A stretch of DNA of 64,000 bases, from assembly GCA_951406725.2 (NCBI GenBank), contig OX597814.1, positions 182,838,001 to 182,902,000 of the forward strand. Direction: 5' to 3'. Origin of the DNA: Octopus vulgaris (Eukaryota). Below the pieces are notes generated by a model, which worked only from the letters and a program-made list of their open reading frames with translations, ran no database searches and was not told the DNA's origin. Below are positions 36,932-50,871 of the stretch, piece after piece (the first letter of the stretch is position 1; the number at the start of each line of letters is the position of its first letter). Position numbers and translations under genes: made by a program.

Positions 36932-37007
36932 CAGAGTGAATCTAGGCCCGAGAGTTTCGGGCACTTGTCATAAGTGCCATAAAACTCTCGGACCTTGAGT
37001 CACTCTG
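36932..37007. repeat. 76-nt hairpin containing a half-HHR-like stem II and GAAAC
   Basis: cagagtga/tcactctg, ccgagagttt/aaactctcgg, ggcactt/aagtgcc. Confidence 0.7.
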
Positions 37008-37020
37008 CTATTTCTCTTAG

Positions 37021-37080
<60 letters not shown>

Positions 37081-37083
<3 letters not shown>

Positions 37084-37406
37084 GAGACCCCCTTCGGTCA
37101 CGACACAGACCATGGGATTGCACCTAGAAAGTTACCCTGCCAGGCACAAGTCCGGCCAATGTTGTTTATGGAAGATCAGCAGTCGCCCATGCATATCGAC
37201 GTCCCCTCTCCATGCCACTGATGTTATCCAAGGGAAAGGCAAAGGCAGATACAGCATGGTACCAATGGCGTCACAACTCATTTCTACACCTGAGTGAACT
37301 GGAGCAACGTGAAATAAAGTGTCTTGTTCAAGAACACAACATGCAGCCCGGTCCGGGATTCGAACTCACAACCTTACGACGCTCTAACCACTGAGCCATG
37401 CGACTT

Positions 37407-37408
<2 letters not shown>
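37081..37408 (-). mobile_element. SINE family D
   Basis: Homology to 52711-53047. Confidence 0.85.
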
Positions 37409-37477
<69 letters not shown>

Positions 37478-37479
37478 GT

Positions 37480-37700
37480 GTGCGTGTGTGTATGCGTGTC
37501 CGTGTCCCACAGCACTTGACAACCATTGTTGGTGTGTTTGCGTTTCCGAAACTTAGCGGTTCGGCAAAAATATGACGGTAGAATAAGTAACAAGCTTAAA
37601 AGAAAAGTACAGGGGTCGATTCGTTCGACTAAATTCTGTTCTTCAAGGTGGTGCCCTAGCATGGCCGCAGTCTAATGACTGAACCAAGTAAGAGATAAAA
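37480..37700 (+). mobile_element. SINE family A 3' half
   Basis: cttgacaacc...cttagcggttcggcaaaa...catggccgcagtctaatgactgaa. Confidence 0.8.
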
Positions 37701-38404
37701 GATAGTGGAGAACCCTGACCGAGAGAATCTTGAAGTGGTTTCGTTACCGACGTTGTAACTGGGATAAATATTTGACTTGGGTCAGAAATTAGAAGAGAAA
37801 AGATAGATATCAGACAATTAACGTATTTAGATCTCAAAGACTGGATTAACGTGTAAGTAGCTGAGCATTCCACTGTCACTGCAACTTTTAACCTAATTTC
37901 CAGGCAGAATCAGCGTGACACAATGTGTAACAAGACTGTAACATTGAATAACATTTGAACTCAGCCGACGGCTTTCTAAACAGTTTCCGTCCGCCCACTT
38001 GTGCTAACAAGATATAGGTCGACTTCAGAGTGACGTTTTCCCAACATACACGCCGCGGGATTGAATCTGACGATTCGTAGTTGCGAAGTGCACTTTTTGA
38101 GCATTCGGCCATACTTTGCACACGCACACACACACACACACACACAACACGGGTGCCAGAGCTGTAGTAGTCTCCCGTCCCGGAAAAATGTACGCGGATA
38201 ACTATTTATGAAAGGATCTTTACCTTTTGAGCTACAGATTTAAAAAATAATTTTTTGTAACTAAGCACTTTCAAACTTCAGACACTGGTAGAATGTGTCA
38301 TATAAAACATCTTTTACTCTTAGCATTTTTGGCCGCAGTCAAATGACTGAAACAAGTAAAAGAGTAATATTTATTTGCACCTCCACAATACATACATGCA
38401 TACG

Positions 38405-38488
<84 letters not shown>

Positions 38489-38827
38489 CATCCTTCCATC
38501 CTGTAATGCATTCACAGTTATGAAGGGTTAATACTAGAGATAGAGCAAAATAAATAACTAATTTAATTCCAATCGAAGTGACATTTTGTTTGTGATTACC
38601 ATATATCGCAGTTTCATCAACGAATCGTTAAAATCATAATTAATACCATTCTTAAAAGGAGAGAAAATAAACTTTAATAGAAGAACGGTTAAGATTCAGG
38701 TCAGTTTATAAGTCACGAAATAGGAGAATGATTTAAATGATATGAATAAAATAATTAAAATACCATTAAACATGGAATTACATGAGAAGTATAAGCACTT
38801 AAACACCGATATATAAATTACAATATT

Positions 38828-39208
38828 CTTTTCTACTTTAGACTCAAGGCCCGAAATTTTTGGGGAGAGGGCCAGTCGATTAGATTGACTCCAGCACGCA
38901 ACTGGTATTTAATTTATCGACCCCAAAAGGATGAAAGGCAAAGTCTACTTCGACAGAATTTGAACTCAGAACGTAAAGACATGAAATACCAATTTCTATT
39001 TCTTTACTACCCACAAGGGGCTAAACACAGATAGGACAAACAAGGACAGACCAACGGATTAAGTCGATTACATCGATCCCAGTGCGTAATTGGTACTTAA
39101 TTTATCGACCCCGAAAGGATGAAAGGCAAAGTCGACCTCGGCGGAATTTGAACTCAGAACGTAACGGCAGGCGAAATACGGCTATGCATTTCTGCCAGCT
39201 CGCCGCCT
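38828..39208 (-). mobile_element. SINE family B chimeric dimer (two tail types) with 18-bp TSD
   Basis: Junction GAAATAC at 38983; TSD tatataaattacaatatt. Confidence 0.88.
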
Positions 39209-39804
39209 TATATAAATTACAATATTGTAGAATTAAACTACTATGCAAGGATAGGTAGAATGTGCGCCTTTAGGATATATCACAAAATATTTGTGATATT
39301 CGTTGCATCGCTCTACGTTATGAGTTCAAATCTCGCCGAGGTTAACTTTGCCTTTCATCCCCACAAGCTCCATAGAACAGTGTACCAGTCAATTACTAGA
39401 ATCGATTTTTGTCTATAAATCTCTTCTTTCAAATGTCTGGCCTAGTGCCTATATTAGGCACTCCTGGGACAATGAACTAATCTTGAGAATAAGATAAAAA
39501 TTAGAAATGAAAAATAGTATATGTTCGTATATTATATTAAAGACAGAATGTATAATTAATCACGGAAGTTTAGATCTATTTAGATTCGTATAGAAAAAGC
39601 TGATTATTTAACACAAATCCTCTATGGGGACTGTAAAAATTGATTCAAAATCTATAAATATATTCACAGGGCAGATAAAGCCCTCGTAGACGAGTTATAT
39701 TATTTGTTATAGTTCCAAGTTTTTTAGCATATATAATTGTTTATACAAGTTGAAATTATCTGAGAATTTCTATTGAAGAGGGAAAATTTTAAGATCAATA
39801 TGTA

Positions 39805-40689
39805 CGAGGTGCATTCAAAACGTACCCGACTTTGTTTTCACTACCAAAACTAATTCCACGTGGGTAAAAATATTTCGATGGGAGGTGAGGCCACCTTTCC
39901 CGCGCATGCGTGAAAATTTTAGATAGGCGAGTCAGTTCCTGGCTGTTACTCCTAGGGTGCAGACGTGTAGTGCGTACACGTCGGATTTCCGTTTTTACGC
40001 AATACAACCGAGTAGAGACTATAAACCCATGTCTCATCACCAGAGACGATGGTCTTCATGAAGTCTGGGTCGTGTTTTGTACAGTTCAGTATATCTTGAA
40101 CGATTTCCATACGGAGGTGGTTCTGTAACTCCGAATTTCGCTGACACTCTCCGCATGCACAAATCCTATGTTAAAAGGGAATGCACTGATCCTGTGCTCA
40201 TTCCCACTTCGTGAGCAATTTCCTTGATTATTACACGACGGTCTTCCATAACTATTCGTCGAACCTTCTCAATTGGCTCCTCATTTCGGTTCGTGGATGG
40301 CCTACCTGAGCATGCCTCGCTCTCCACTGAGGTGCAGCCATGCTTGAAACGGTTGTACCACTTAATCTGAGTTTTACCATGGCATCATCGCCAAAGGTCT
40401 GCTGAATCTTCTGGATGGTTTGAGCTTGAGTATCAACAAGCTTTTGGTAAAACTTGTTGCAATATCTCTGCTCGATGCGTTCAATGAAAGCAAGCGAAAA
40501 TCCAACGAGCACTCACTATACGTCTATGCTCTAAATATAACGCGCAGCAACTGACGCAGCCTACTGGCAGGAAATATCTTTTCGCATGCGCAGAAAGGGT
40601 AACATCACATTCCACCTAAAGAACTTTGCTCACATGGCATTTGTTTTGGCGGTAAAAAATAAAGTCGGATACTTTTTGAACAGACATCG
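39805..40689 (-). mobile_element. Internally deleted mariner with both TIRs
   Basis: TA-CGAGGTGCATTCAAAACGTACCCGACTTT / AAAGTCGGATACTTTTTGAACAGACATCG-TA; IEQRYCNKFYQKL...QTIQKIQQTFGDDAM N-terminal HTH. Confidence 0.85.
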
Positions 40690-41921
40690 TATATCACATG
40701 CTTTAGGTATACAAACCGAACAGGGCTTGCTTAAATCCTGATACAAAATAGCGAAACAAACTAATCTTTATTTAATATTATAGATTAGATTTTCGTTATT
40801 TTTAAGACTCATGGGTAACAAGAAAAGCTAACATCAATACGTTTAAGTTTGTTACGGAAAGTCTAACTTCGATGTATGATCTTGCTTTGAATTTTGTTGG
40901 CGGTTAATCCAATATAAACAATGCCTTTGAAGATGCGTCTACGCTCGAGAAGACATCCAGACGGACGTACAATGCTGCAAGATCATACACTTTGAATATT
41001 GAATGGATTATAGAGCTTGGTTTGGTTCAAATCCAATAGGGATCGCGAAAATATTTAGTGTGGTCCAATAGGAAACTTTAGCGTTACTGAAAATTTTCCA
41101 ATATCTGTAGCTAAGATGGGAGTGTTTTTTGTTTGGTTTAGATAATATTTTGGCCACAAGTGTAGAAAAGTTTTGACTAAAAGGGCGGCTAGACAAGTTG
41201 ATATGTTTTTAAAATTATTTTGGCTTTAATGAGAATTTGGGGTTTATATAGGGCATTATTTTAAAAATTTGTTGTTATTAGGTTATTGACAATTCGTTGG
41301 ACGAAATCGTGATGAAAGGTAATCTCAAACCTCCTCTGTGGATGTATGCATGTTAATGTAGTATTACGGCAGTATTACAATGCAGTTATATGACATTTTC
41401 TTGTCGGGTACAATTCAAATCACTGTCGTGTCGAGTTGAACTATGCAGAAATACCTTGATTTATCAACTAAAACTGAATCACATCCATCTGAGGAATCTT
41501 CTATTCACCGTGAATGTTAGGGATATTAGTAATTCGTGTATATATTTATATGTGTGTGTATGTATGTATGTATGTATGTATGTATGTATGTATGTATGTA
41601 TGTATGTATGTATGTATGTATGTATGTGTGTATGTATGTATGTATCATTATATGTATGTAATGCAGTATAGGCCTTTAAGATGTTACGTGAACAAAAACA
41701 GATCAACCACTGCATATAGTATAACAAAATATATTAAATGATATAGACAGTTAATGATAATACATCGTGAATCAAAGGTTCTGTATTGAGCAGTTTTGGG
41801 AATCACAAGAGGATTAAAAATTCTGGCGTTCACTCGAATGTCAGTAATTTTTATGAAACAATTGTTAGGAGGCATAATTCATATCAAGTTGATATATGCT
41901 ATTATTATATAATTAAATATA

Positions 41922-42105
41922 GGGTGGCGAGCTGTCAGAATCGTTAGCATGTCGAGCAAAATGATTAGGGGGTATTTCGTTCGTCATTACGTCCTGAGTT
42001 CCAGTTCTGCCGAGGTCGACTTTGCTTTTCATCCTTTCGAAGTCAATGTAATCAACTTACTCCCTCTCTCGAAATTGTTGTCTTTGCGCCAAAATTTGAA
42101 GCCAT
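41922..42105 (+). mobile_element. SINE family B (tail ...gccaaaatttgaa)
   Basis: B head and core. Confidence 0.8.
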
Positions 42106-43390
42106 TATTTATTTAAATATAAAGAAAATGAAGGATTTATAAAGTATGGCTAAAGGAAAAGATTTTAAATAAACTGCTTTATATGGAATGTTATTGAGTT
42201 GAAATCATAAAGGTATTACTGATTGCATTCTTAGATTAGAATATAGAGAGGTTTTGATAAGGTTTGACTGTGAGATCAGGAGTGTCTCATAGTCAGGTAA
42301 AACTGAAGGTAAAAATAGTGTATGACTACTCTCTGAAAATATGCAGTGATCCACTCAATCTTTTAGTATAATCTTCTGCTGTTTTAGTTGATATTTATCG
42401 AAGTGGAGGTATTTAATAGAAATCTCTAATCAGCTATGAGCAGCTCTAAACATTTTCGCCATGGTTACGAGCATCATTAATTTGATATTGAATGCAGTAG
42501 CATGTTCTTTTAAATTTCACACACAAGAAATTAGATAGCCTTGTTACATTTACTCTTTTCTATATTTCTGAAATGTGGTTGAAATACGGTTGACCTTACG
42601 TCATACCTATTTACTGATTTATTCATACTATTTAGGTTTGGTTTGGTTTGGAGAGGGTTTCTGCTATGTACATAATTACTTCTGCGTTACATGATTGATT
42701 AAGATGACATATATTTGTAGTTCTGAGTGTGCTATTAACCCCTGTTAATACCATTTTTCAGGATTTTGAAATCTTTGGCTGGGTGGCAAAAGTCTATATT
42801 AATATATGTGGGTTTTTTCCTTAGGTTTGCTATATCGTTTAATGACGTTAAATGAATCAAAAACAGTTAAAAAAAAAAAGAATTTCTTTATGCAAAAACA
42901 TACGACATATAAGAACTATTTTTTGCTATAAACTAGTAATTGTTGTGAAAACATTATGAAAGCAAATTAATTCAAAGAATTGTTGCTTCTTAAACTCCAG
43001 AACCCTCAGAAAATCTGTTTTATTATTGGATAACTGAATGCGTAATTTTTATACATCATATGGCATTAACTTATGTGCTTGCGTATCTACAAAAAGACGG
43101 ATTCACAAAAATATGTTTTACAAAGAATAATAGAATTGTAATAGTGTTTTCGATAAATCCAGATATCCGTCATGGCACCAGAAAATGGTTTCAGGGATTC
43201 TTTTCAAGACTTAGCTTTTATTTGAGTATCTGAACTAATTTCAATTACATTTTCATAAACCATCGCCAGAAATCTTGTCGGCTTTTCTTTAAAATTGAAT
43301 TTATTTTGGAACCAATAATTATCCATTTCTGTAAATCTAGAAAATACTCGTTTAAGATTCTAAAAAAGCTGCATAGATGATTAAAAAAAA

Positions 43391-44105
43391 ATGGCGGAAT
43401 CGTTAGCATGTCGGACAAAATGCTCAGCGACATTTCGTCTGTCCTTACGTTCTGAGTTCAAATTCAGCCGAGGTCGACTTTGCCTTTCATCCTTTTGGGG
43501 TTGATAAAATAAGAACCATTTGAGCACTGGGGTCGATGCAATCGACTTATCCCTCCCCTGAAATTGCTGGCTTTGTGCCAAAACTTGAAACCAATATTAC
43601 TACAGATTTTAAGGCGGCAAGCTGGCAGAATCGTTAGCACGCTGGACGAAATGCTTAGCGATATTTCGTCTGTCTTTACGTTCTGAGTTCAAATTCCGCC
43701 GAGGTCAACTTTGCCTTTTATCCTTTCGGAGGTCAATAAATTAAGTACCAGTTGCGTACTGAGGTCGATCTAATCGACTGGCCCTCTCCCCCAAAATTTC
43801 GGGCCTTGTGCCTAGAGAAGAAAAGAATCGCTAACACGCTGGGCAAAATGCTTAGCGGTATTCTGTCTGTCTTTTACGTTCTGAATTCAAATTCCATCGA
43901 GATCGACTTTGTCTTTCATCCTTCAGGGGTCGTTAAAATAAGTACCAATTGAGCACTGGGGTGGATGTAATCGACTTGTCCTACTCTACCGAAATTGCTG
44001 GCCTTGTGCTAAAATTTGAAAGCAATGTTATTACAGTTTTTGAGGCGGCAAGCTGGCAGAATCGTTTATACTCCGAGCAAAATGCTTAGCGATATTTCAT
44101 CCGTC
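43391..44105 (+). mobile_element. Tandem cluster of four SINE family B units with alternating tail types
   Basis: Heads at about 43392, 43612, 43825 and 44043. Confidence 0.85.
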
Positions 44106-44289
44106 AGTAGCCTCCAAATACCGTTTATATTTTCGAAGGAGATCATTAAGAATCAGAAAACTGTCAAAAGTATTTTTTTCCACAGCTGAGAGCCAGTATT
44201 ACAATTTATATAATAACTATACCATTCTATCTTTGTCTCGAAAAATGTTCACTTTATCCCTTGCAGAGATAAGCATGATTCATTCAATA

Positions 44290-44740
44290 ATATAAAATAT
44301 CGGCTATGTGTGCAGTTCTTGGTAGCCAAGTTGTAATCTGTCGACTGTCAGCATATCTTTATTACAACGTGATATCCATCTAACTTCTGAATGTAACAGA
44401 AAATCGTATATTGACACAGGGTCAGACACTTTTCTTATAATTGCATTTGTTCCACTGCTGCAGCATGGTGCAATAGACCTACCCAAACGTATATCGTGCC
44501 TTTCATAAAATTGCCAAAACAATGAAGTATATTCATATAGAAGTAAATTTTAAAATTTTTGGTTTTAAAATCATGTCGAATAAAACGAGCAAAATTGAAG
44601 CAATGTATGTGGACTCGTCTTGTAATGCGTAAATGTCACATTCATGTAATTTATGAATTAAAAATTCCACTTTAATATCGTCAACATATCTCAATACAGT
44701 AACATGGAAAGAGAAAGGTTCCTCTTTTTTTTTCACAGAA
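44290..44740 (-). mobile_element. hAT (Charlie/Buster-type) transposase remnant, catalytic region
   Basis: YALQDESTYIASILLVLF (ALQLDESTD) and FLLHSEVRWISR (LLHTEVRWLSRG). Confidence 0.75.
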
Positions 44741-44767
44741 TCTGCATCAACTTATATTTAATACGAG

Positions 44768-45056
44768 AATGACCGTGGGATTGCACCTAGAAAGTTTGCC
44801 CGGCACGAGTCCGGGCAAAGTTGTTTATGGAAGACTAGCAGTCGCCCAGCATACAAGCCTTCTCTCTCCACGCCATCGATGTTGTCCAAGGGAAAGGTGA
44901 AGGCCGATACTGCTCGGTACCAACTCATTTTTACCGCTGAGTGAACTGGAACAATGTGAAATAAATTGTCTTGTTCAAGAACACACAGTTCGGTCCAGGA
45001 ATCGAACTCACTACCTCATGATTGTGAGTCCGACGCTCTAACCACTGAGCCATGCG
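44768..45056 (-). mobile_element. SINE family D
   Basis: Homology to 52711-53047. Confidence 0.8.
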
Positions 45057-45072
45057 GTAACTTGCTTTATAT

Positions 45073-45157
45073 CAGTGTTTCTCATGGGGTGGTGTTGATA
45101 GCTGTAGAGATTGAAAAAGGAAGCTTATAAGTGTTATATATACATATACATACATGC

Positions 45158-45238
<81 letters not shown>

Positions 45239-45870
45239 CATAATTCTGAGAAATCAGAGCCAGTTGTTTCTGACTGTTGAAATAAATAACTTGTCATGAC
45301 ACGCTTTTCACTTTGTGTTTCACTTCTGCATCCCCAAGTGTCTCCACATGGTACTTTGAGAATATTCTAGAAGCCGGTACATATACGCAATTCTAAACAC
45401 CATATCACGCTGAGTCAGTACATTGTGTAGGCTGAAATCGCAACCTGCTGGCAGTTGATGTCATATAAAAGTTGTGACTAAATTGGTGACCTACTGGTTG
45501 TTCAAACCGTGCTTTTTATAACTGAAACGAGGTTTTTCTAGTAAACCCAAAGTATTTGAAAGACTAGGTTCTTTTGTTTTCAAAAACAAAGCAATGGTTA
45601 TTCAAGGTAATGAAAAAGAAAGCCTAGCTTCATATGTTACAGCAATCTTGTCTTGTGTAAAAGTGCTCTTTATGATGTCAGGAAGGATTGTAAATGTTAT
45701 GAAAGGTTTTACAATTGGTGAATCTTTAATTTTGCGCACTGCATATGAAATGTGTCGTTGTGCAGACGTTGAGAACATTGTATTACAGTTAAAATTAAAA
45801 CCACTTTCCAATAACTGTAAAACGCAGAATAGACGAAATGTCAAATGATTCGCTAAGTCAACTTGTCGGA
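45073..45870 (+). mobile_element. hAT (Charlie/Buster-type) 5' end and N-terminal transposase remnant
   Basis: CAGTGTTTCTCA terminus at 45073; NEKESLASY...KGFTIGESLI...LKLKPLSNN. Confidence 0.7.
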
Positions 45871-46009
45871 AATAGAACTTTTAAGAGGAAATGGACCATA
45901 ATTTATCCGCCACAAATCTATTATCAAGAACGTTAATTTTATTAAAACCAATGAAACCAATTTTAGATCATATTCTGAATTATGGAATGTTGGAAAAGCT
46001 GACTGGTTG

Positions 46010-46510
46010 TATTGGGTTGTCCGAAAAGTTCGTGCCGATTTAGAGTAGCTTATTTTTCGACTTATTTTAGAACATGGTTGAATCCATAAAATAGGATTTG
46101 ACTACACCTCCATTTAGAGAACACTGTTTACGCTATCTTTTCGTGGAAGAAGGTTTATGTTCCTATAACCTGTGTTAATTCTGTAACCCTTTAAAATGGA
46201 AGATAAAGAAAGTTCATTTTCGGCACTTGATGCTTTGGGAACCAGACAAAAAATGCTGCAGCTCGGCTGGGATGTGTTACCACACCCTCCATATTCACCA
46301 GATATTGCTCCTTAGGATTTCCACTTATTCAGGTCTCTGCAGAATAGTCTTAATGGTAAAAATTTAAATTCCTTCGATGACGTAAAAAGATACCTTGATG
46401 AATTCTTTGCCACGAAACCACCTCAAGAGGGTATTTTCAAGTTAAAGGAAAGATGGAGACGCATTGTGCAACAAAATGGTTCATATTTGGTTGATTAAAA
46501 ATGTAATGGC
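46010..46510 (+). mobile_element. Internally deleted mariner (5' TIR and transposase C-terminus)
   Basis: TA-TTGGGTTGTCCGAAAAGTTCGTGCCGATTT; LGWDVLPHPPYSPDIAP*DFHLFRSLQNSL...GIFKLKERWRRIVQQNGSY. Confidence 0.9.
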
Positions 46511-47745
46511 ATATGTCCTTCTTGCCCAAATGCCTCAGTAAACACTGCGTTAAATGCATCACGTTGACACAACTAACAAAGTAGATGTCTATCTTACTCG
46601 ATAAATCCATGAGGAAGCTTTTGTGTGGTCTCTCTACTTCATAGAAATTGCAACGAAATCTTCAAACTATACCCAAAAACTTTGGGAAAGGAAAAGAAAA
46701 GACACACTGGATAGTCTAATATAACCGTTGGTTGTGGCTAAAATGTTTTTGATCATATGTGTACAATAATAAGGATTGACCTGGAACAAAACCGAGTCAA
46801 AAGCGAATAAAAAAATTACATGCTATTATCTGATTCTATTACTTGAACCACACGACTACCACTACCATCGCCGTAACTTATCGAACAATATACAATATGC
46901 TACGAAGTAAATAGGAATGATTTTAATCGACAAACAGTTGTATTCATTCTCTGCTTTAGCGATTTCGCTTCATTGACGTTTCTAAAGATTTTTGGAAGAA
47001 GCAAACCGTCGTAAATTTCCTCCACTTCAAGGAAGTTATGGTAACAGCTTCAATACTTGTTTACACACGACTGACTTAGATCTATGCAACAACAATAACA
47101 ACAACAGCTGCAACGTTCGCAACAGATATCTAATTTCTTCGTTCTTGGTTCCATTCAGTTACATAACTATTGTTGTTTGCTTTTTGCCTTTGGCAAGGAA
47201 TCTTATATCCAGAAAAATAAGTCGATTGAAAGAGTTCATATCAATAGATTTTCCAGTCTCCGTTGACCTTTCATTCCTTTTAATTAGTCACTTAAAGGAA
47301 GAGGGGCGATGTCATTGACCTTTTCGGAGTCTTGCATACCGGAGAGATTGATGTTCAATGTGGGCGAGAAACTTGTTGGTAAGGTATTTCAGAGGTCTCA
47401 GATATGAACAGAAGGGTTTCTATAAGTGTTTCGCGAGAGATCTACGTATGACACACTATAGGGTTGATGAGAACAGAGACAGAAAACAACTGGGCCTGGG
47501 TCAAGGAAATATGTGGCTAGCTGGACCTTTTGTAAACTAACATTGTAGTAGTTTTAGAAGCGACATAAAGAGAAAATTGCGTGTATACGAGCTAGTGGTT
47601 GTACTGATGATATCTTTGTTATGATGAAAAAGACCAGGTTGTTATGTTTAACATGAAGGATGTTCTGAAAGTTTCTGTCCGTATAGATAGTAGTAGAGGT
47701 AGTAGCGACAAAACGATAGAATAAACAACATATCTGAAGTACAAC

Positions 47746-48168
47746 CTATTTCTTTACTACCCACAAGGGGCTAAACATAGAGGGGACAAACAAGGACAGA
47801 CAAACGGATTAAGTCGATTACATCGACCCCAGTGCGTAACTGTTACTTATTTAATATTTAATCGACCCCGGAAGGATGAAAGGCAAAGTCGACCCCGGCA
47901 GAATTTGAACTCAGAACGTAACGGCAGACGAAATACCTATTTCTTTACTACCCACAAGGGGCTAAACACAGAGAAGACAAACAAGGACAGACAAACGGAT
48001 TAAATCGATTATATCGACTCCAGTGCGTAACTGGTACTTATTTAATCGACCCCGAAAGGATGAAAGGCAAAGTCGACCTCGGCAGAATTTGAACTCAGAA
48101 CGTAACGGCAGACGAAATACCGCTAGGCATTTCGCCCGGCGTGCTAACGTTTCTGCCAGCTCGCCACC
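47746..48168 (-). mobile_element. SINE family B head-to-tail dimer
   Basis: Junction GAAATAC|CTATTTC at 47930-47943. Confidence 0.9.
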
Positions 48169-48234
48169 TAGAAGTGGGATAGTAACACAGGTCAGTTGCT
48201 ATATACTCAGCCATTCCAGATCGCATCTAATTAA

Positions 48235-48515
48235 TGGACACCGTGCGCCAAATACTTGTCTCAAAACTAATGTCCTCTTTCGGTCTCTTCTATCATTACT
48301 AAAATTGTTGCTGCGCCTATGAAATCGTAAGCTTTGTACCAAACGCATCCATCATATTTCCTCAAATCATAATTACTGTGTCTTACTCCAACTAAGCACA
48401 CCATTAAATCTTGCTTCCTCAAAACTTCAAATACCTGGAACTCCCTACCAGTTCACACATTCCCTATCAACATAAACGATCAAAAGTTCAAATTAAGCAT
48501 CAACTGCATTGAACT
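48235..48515 (+). mobile_element. Decayed CR1/Jockey-like LINE 3' fragment
   Basis: SCFLKTSNTWNSLPVHTFPININDQKFKLSIN (WNSLPxxxFP...FK). Confidence 0.6.
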
Positions 48516-48904
48516 CAACCACTTGTGGTAGCTGAAAATGTTATAGTGACCGTTCCTCTTCATTTAAAACGATATTAAAACATGTTTATTACAACTAATT
48601 ACTAGTATCAACACGGGAGGGAAGAAACGCCAACCCGATTGCAGTGGAATTTGACCCCAAAATATAAGTGGGCGAAACTAAATACCATATAATCCCTTTT
48701 GTCGCTTCACTGCTCTTTTTTTTTTTTATCTTATCGGTTATTGTGCTAAGTAACAATAACTGATCTATCAAATATCCTGTCCGCCCATGCAAACACATTA
48801 TTTGTCATATCACTAACCGTTTTTTTAAAAAATTTTCTGTTTATCCACAACCATCCCAACATATGAAATTAGCTAAGTTAATGTTAATATATTTAATTCA
48901 ACTA

Positions 48905-49140
48905 AAGGCGGCGAGCTGGCAGAAACGTTAGCACACCGGGCGAAATGCGTAGCCGTATTTCGTCTGCCGTTACGTTCTGAGTTCAGATTCCGCCGAGGTC
49001 GACTTTGCCTTTCATCCTTTCAAGGGTCGATAAATTAAGTACCAGTTACGCACTGGGGTCGATGTAATCGACTTAATCCGTTTGTCTTGTCTTTTTTCGT
49101 CCCCTCTGTGTTTAGCCCCTTGTGGGTAGTAAAGAAATAA
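48905..49140 (+). mobile_element. SINE family B, full length, with TSD
   Basis: Flanks aatatatttaattcaa. Confidence 0.92.
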
Positions 49141-49253
49141 ATATATTTAATTCAATGAACATTAAACAGCTATTTGGAAATCAGTATAACAAAAGAAAAA
49201 ATAATAGTCGGTGATTAATATATTTTAGTTATTCCAGCACGTACGAGAGACAA

Positions 49254-49295
49254 CTCCAGGCATGTTTCGGTATCATTACGACTTCATCGGCGGAG
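49254..49295 (-). ncRNA. Degenerate minimal hammerhead motif
   Basis: ctccg-CCGATGA-a-gtcgtaatgatacc-GAAA-CATG-CC-tggag: stem I intact, U4 and U16.1 changed to C. Confidence 0.5.
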
Positions 49296-49379
49296 CATAA
49301 ACTTAAAAGTATTTGGCAAAGTAATGATAGAAGAATCACTAAAGGATACATCGGAAAATGAAAACTCTTTTATACAAAA

Positions 49380-49768
49380 CTAGCAGTATCGCCCGGCGTT
49401 GCTCGGGTTTGTAAGGGAAATAACTATATAAGCATTTTTAGAGAGTTATAGCCAAAAAGTAGCAAAAAAATGCATTAAAAATGGAAAAAAAATGATGGTA
49501 ATTTTTTTAAAAATCGTTGACTCATCGTAGACATTTTTAGAGAGTTACTTCCCTTAGCGAAAAAATGAATTAAAATGGAAAAAATGATGGTGAATTATTT
49601 TTAAAATCGTAGACTCATCGTAGACGCGCGCTAATACCCAGAAGGGCTCGATATGAATCACGACTATAAGATACCCGCTTTTGGTTACACTGCACCGCAA
49701 AATGTGGGAGTAGTTAGGAATCTAAATCTTTGGAGACAGACACACAACTTCTCTTTTATATATAAAGA
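49380..49768 (-). mobile_element. Non-autonomous Helitron
   Basis: Near-identical to 24763-25156. Confidence 0.85.
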
Positions 49769-49919
49769 TAAACAGCCAAAAGCGATATGGTCACGGCTGA
49801 AATGTCTTTTATCACCAGGTTATAAATGAATTGTTTAAAAAATACTGAACTTTATGTTAGCCGATAAAATAATAATCCTGTCTTTATTGGCCACATAAGA
49901 TAATAAAATAAATTAATAA

Positions 49920-50120
49920 CCGTTTCTATTACTGGCACAAGTCCTGAACTTTGATTGAAGGGGAACAATCAATTATTTCGACTCCAGTGCTCAACTGGTA
50001 CTTATTTTATTGAGTCCGAAAGGACGAAAGGCAAAGTCGACGTCCGCGGAACGTAAAGACGGACGAAATACCTCTAAGTAGTTGTCTGACGTGCTGACAA
50101 TTCTGCCAGCTCACCACCCT
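49920..50120 (-). mobile_element. Diverged SINE family B
   Basis: B core and head homology. Confidence 0.75.
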
Positions 50121-50871
50121 AAGATAAGTTAATGATAAACCAAAACATGCCCGGACTTGACGAAAACATTACAATAGTATAGTTAAATATATAAATATTT
50201 ATAATTGTATAATATTTATAATATGTATAAATATTTCTAGTTTTATAGTTGATTTGTGAATGTTGTTTGTGTGAAATATATTAACACTCATAGAAGTAAT
50301 TCGAAATATATGAACAGATTTAGAGCAGAAAGTTATTTAAAAATATGTTACTTTCTACACTGAAATATTGCAACTGAAAATCACACTAAACAAAACGAAA
50401 GCAGAAAAAGAAAATCAGGAAACAAACTAGAAATGACATTACGACACGAAGTTTCATTATTTTGATCTCGAGCCAACGAGAAGTTTCTCGGCGCTAAAAA
50501 CAGTTGCCTAATTTTTACTGAAATTACTGTGTTACGTAATTTTAAAAGTATGATTTACAGTATAAGTAAATACATATTAAGTGCCTGACCCTCTTGCAAA
50601 AAAAAAAAAAAAAGAAAAGAAAACGTGTTGTTGAAATTTCCATACACATAAACACGATCAATAAAACAGGGTAAGTAATCGTTTTCTGTATTTTTTTCCC
50701 TAAATTTTTAACTTCAAAACAATCTTGTAAAACCTTCCATGGGAAGTACGTCAGCAATTTTTTTGTATGATGTTCTGTGTGATGTAAAGAGAAAAGAATT
50801 GTTAATCACAGATCTAACCTCTTGAAATGGGAGGGCTACAAAGGGCAGAGCGGTCAATATCTGGAATACCT

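Noticed and set aside
47230-47540. Possible decayed LINE RT on the minus strand
   Set aside because: Motifs are too eroded to support a call by eye.
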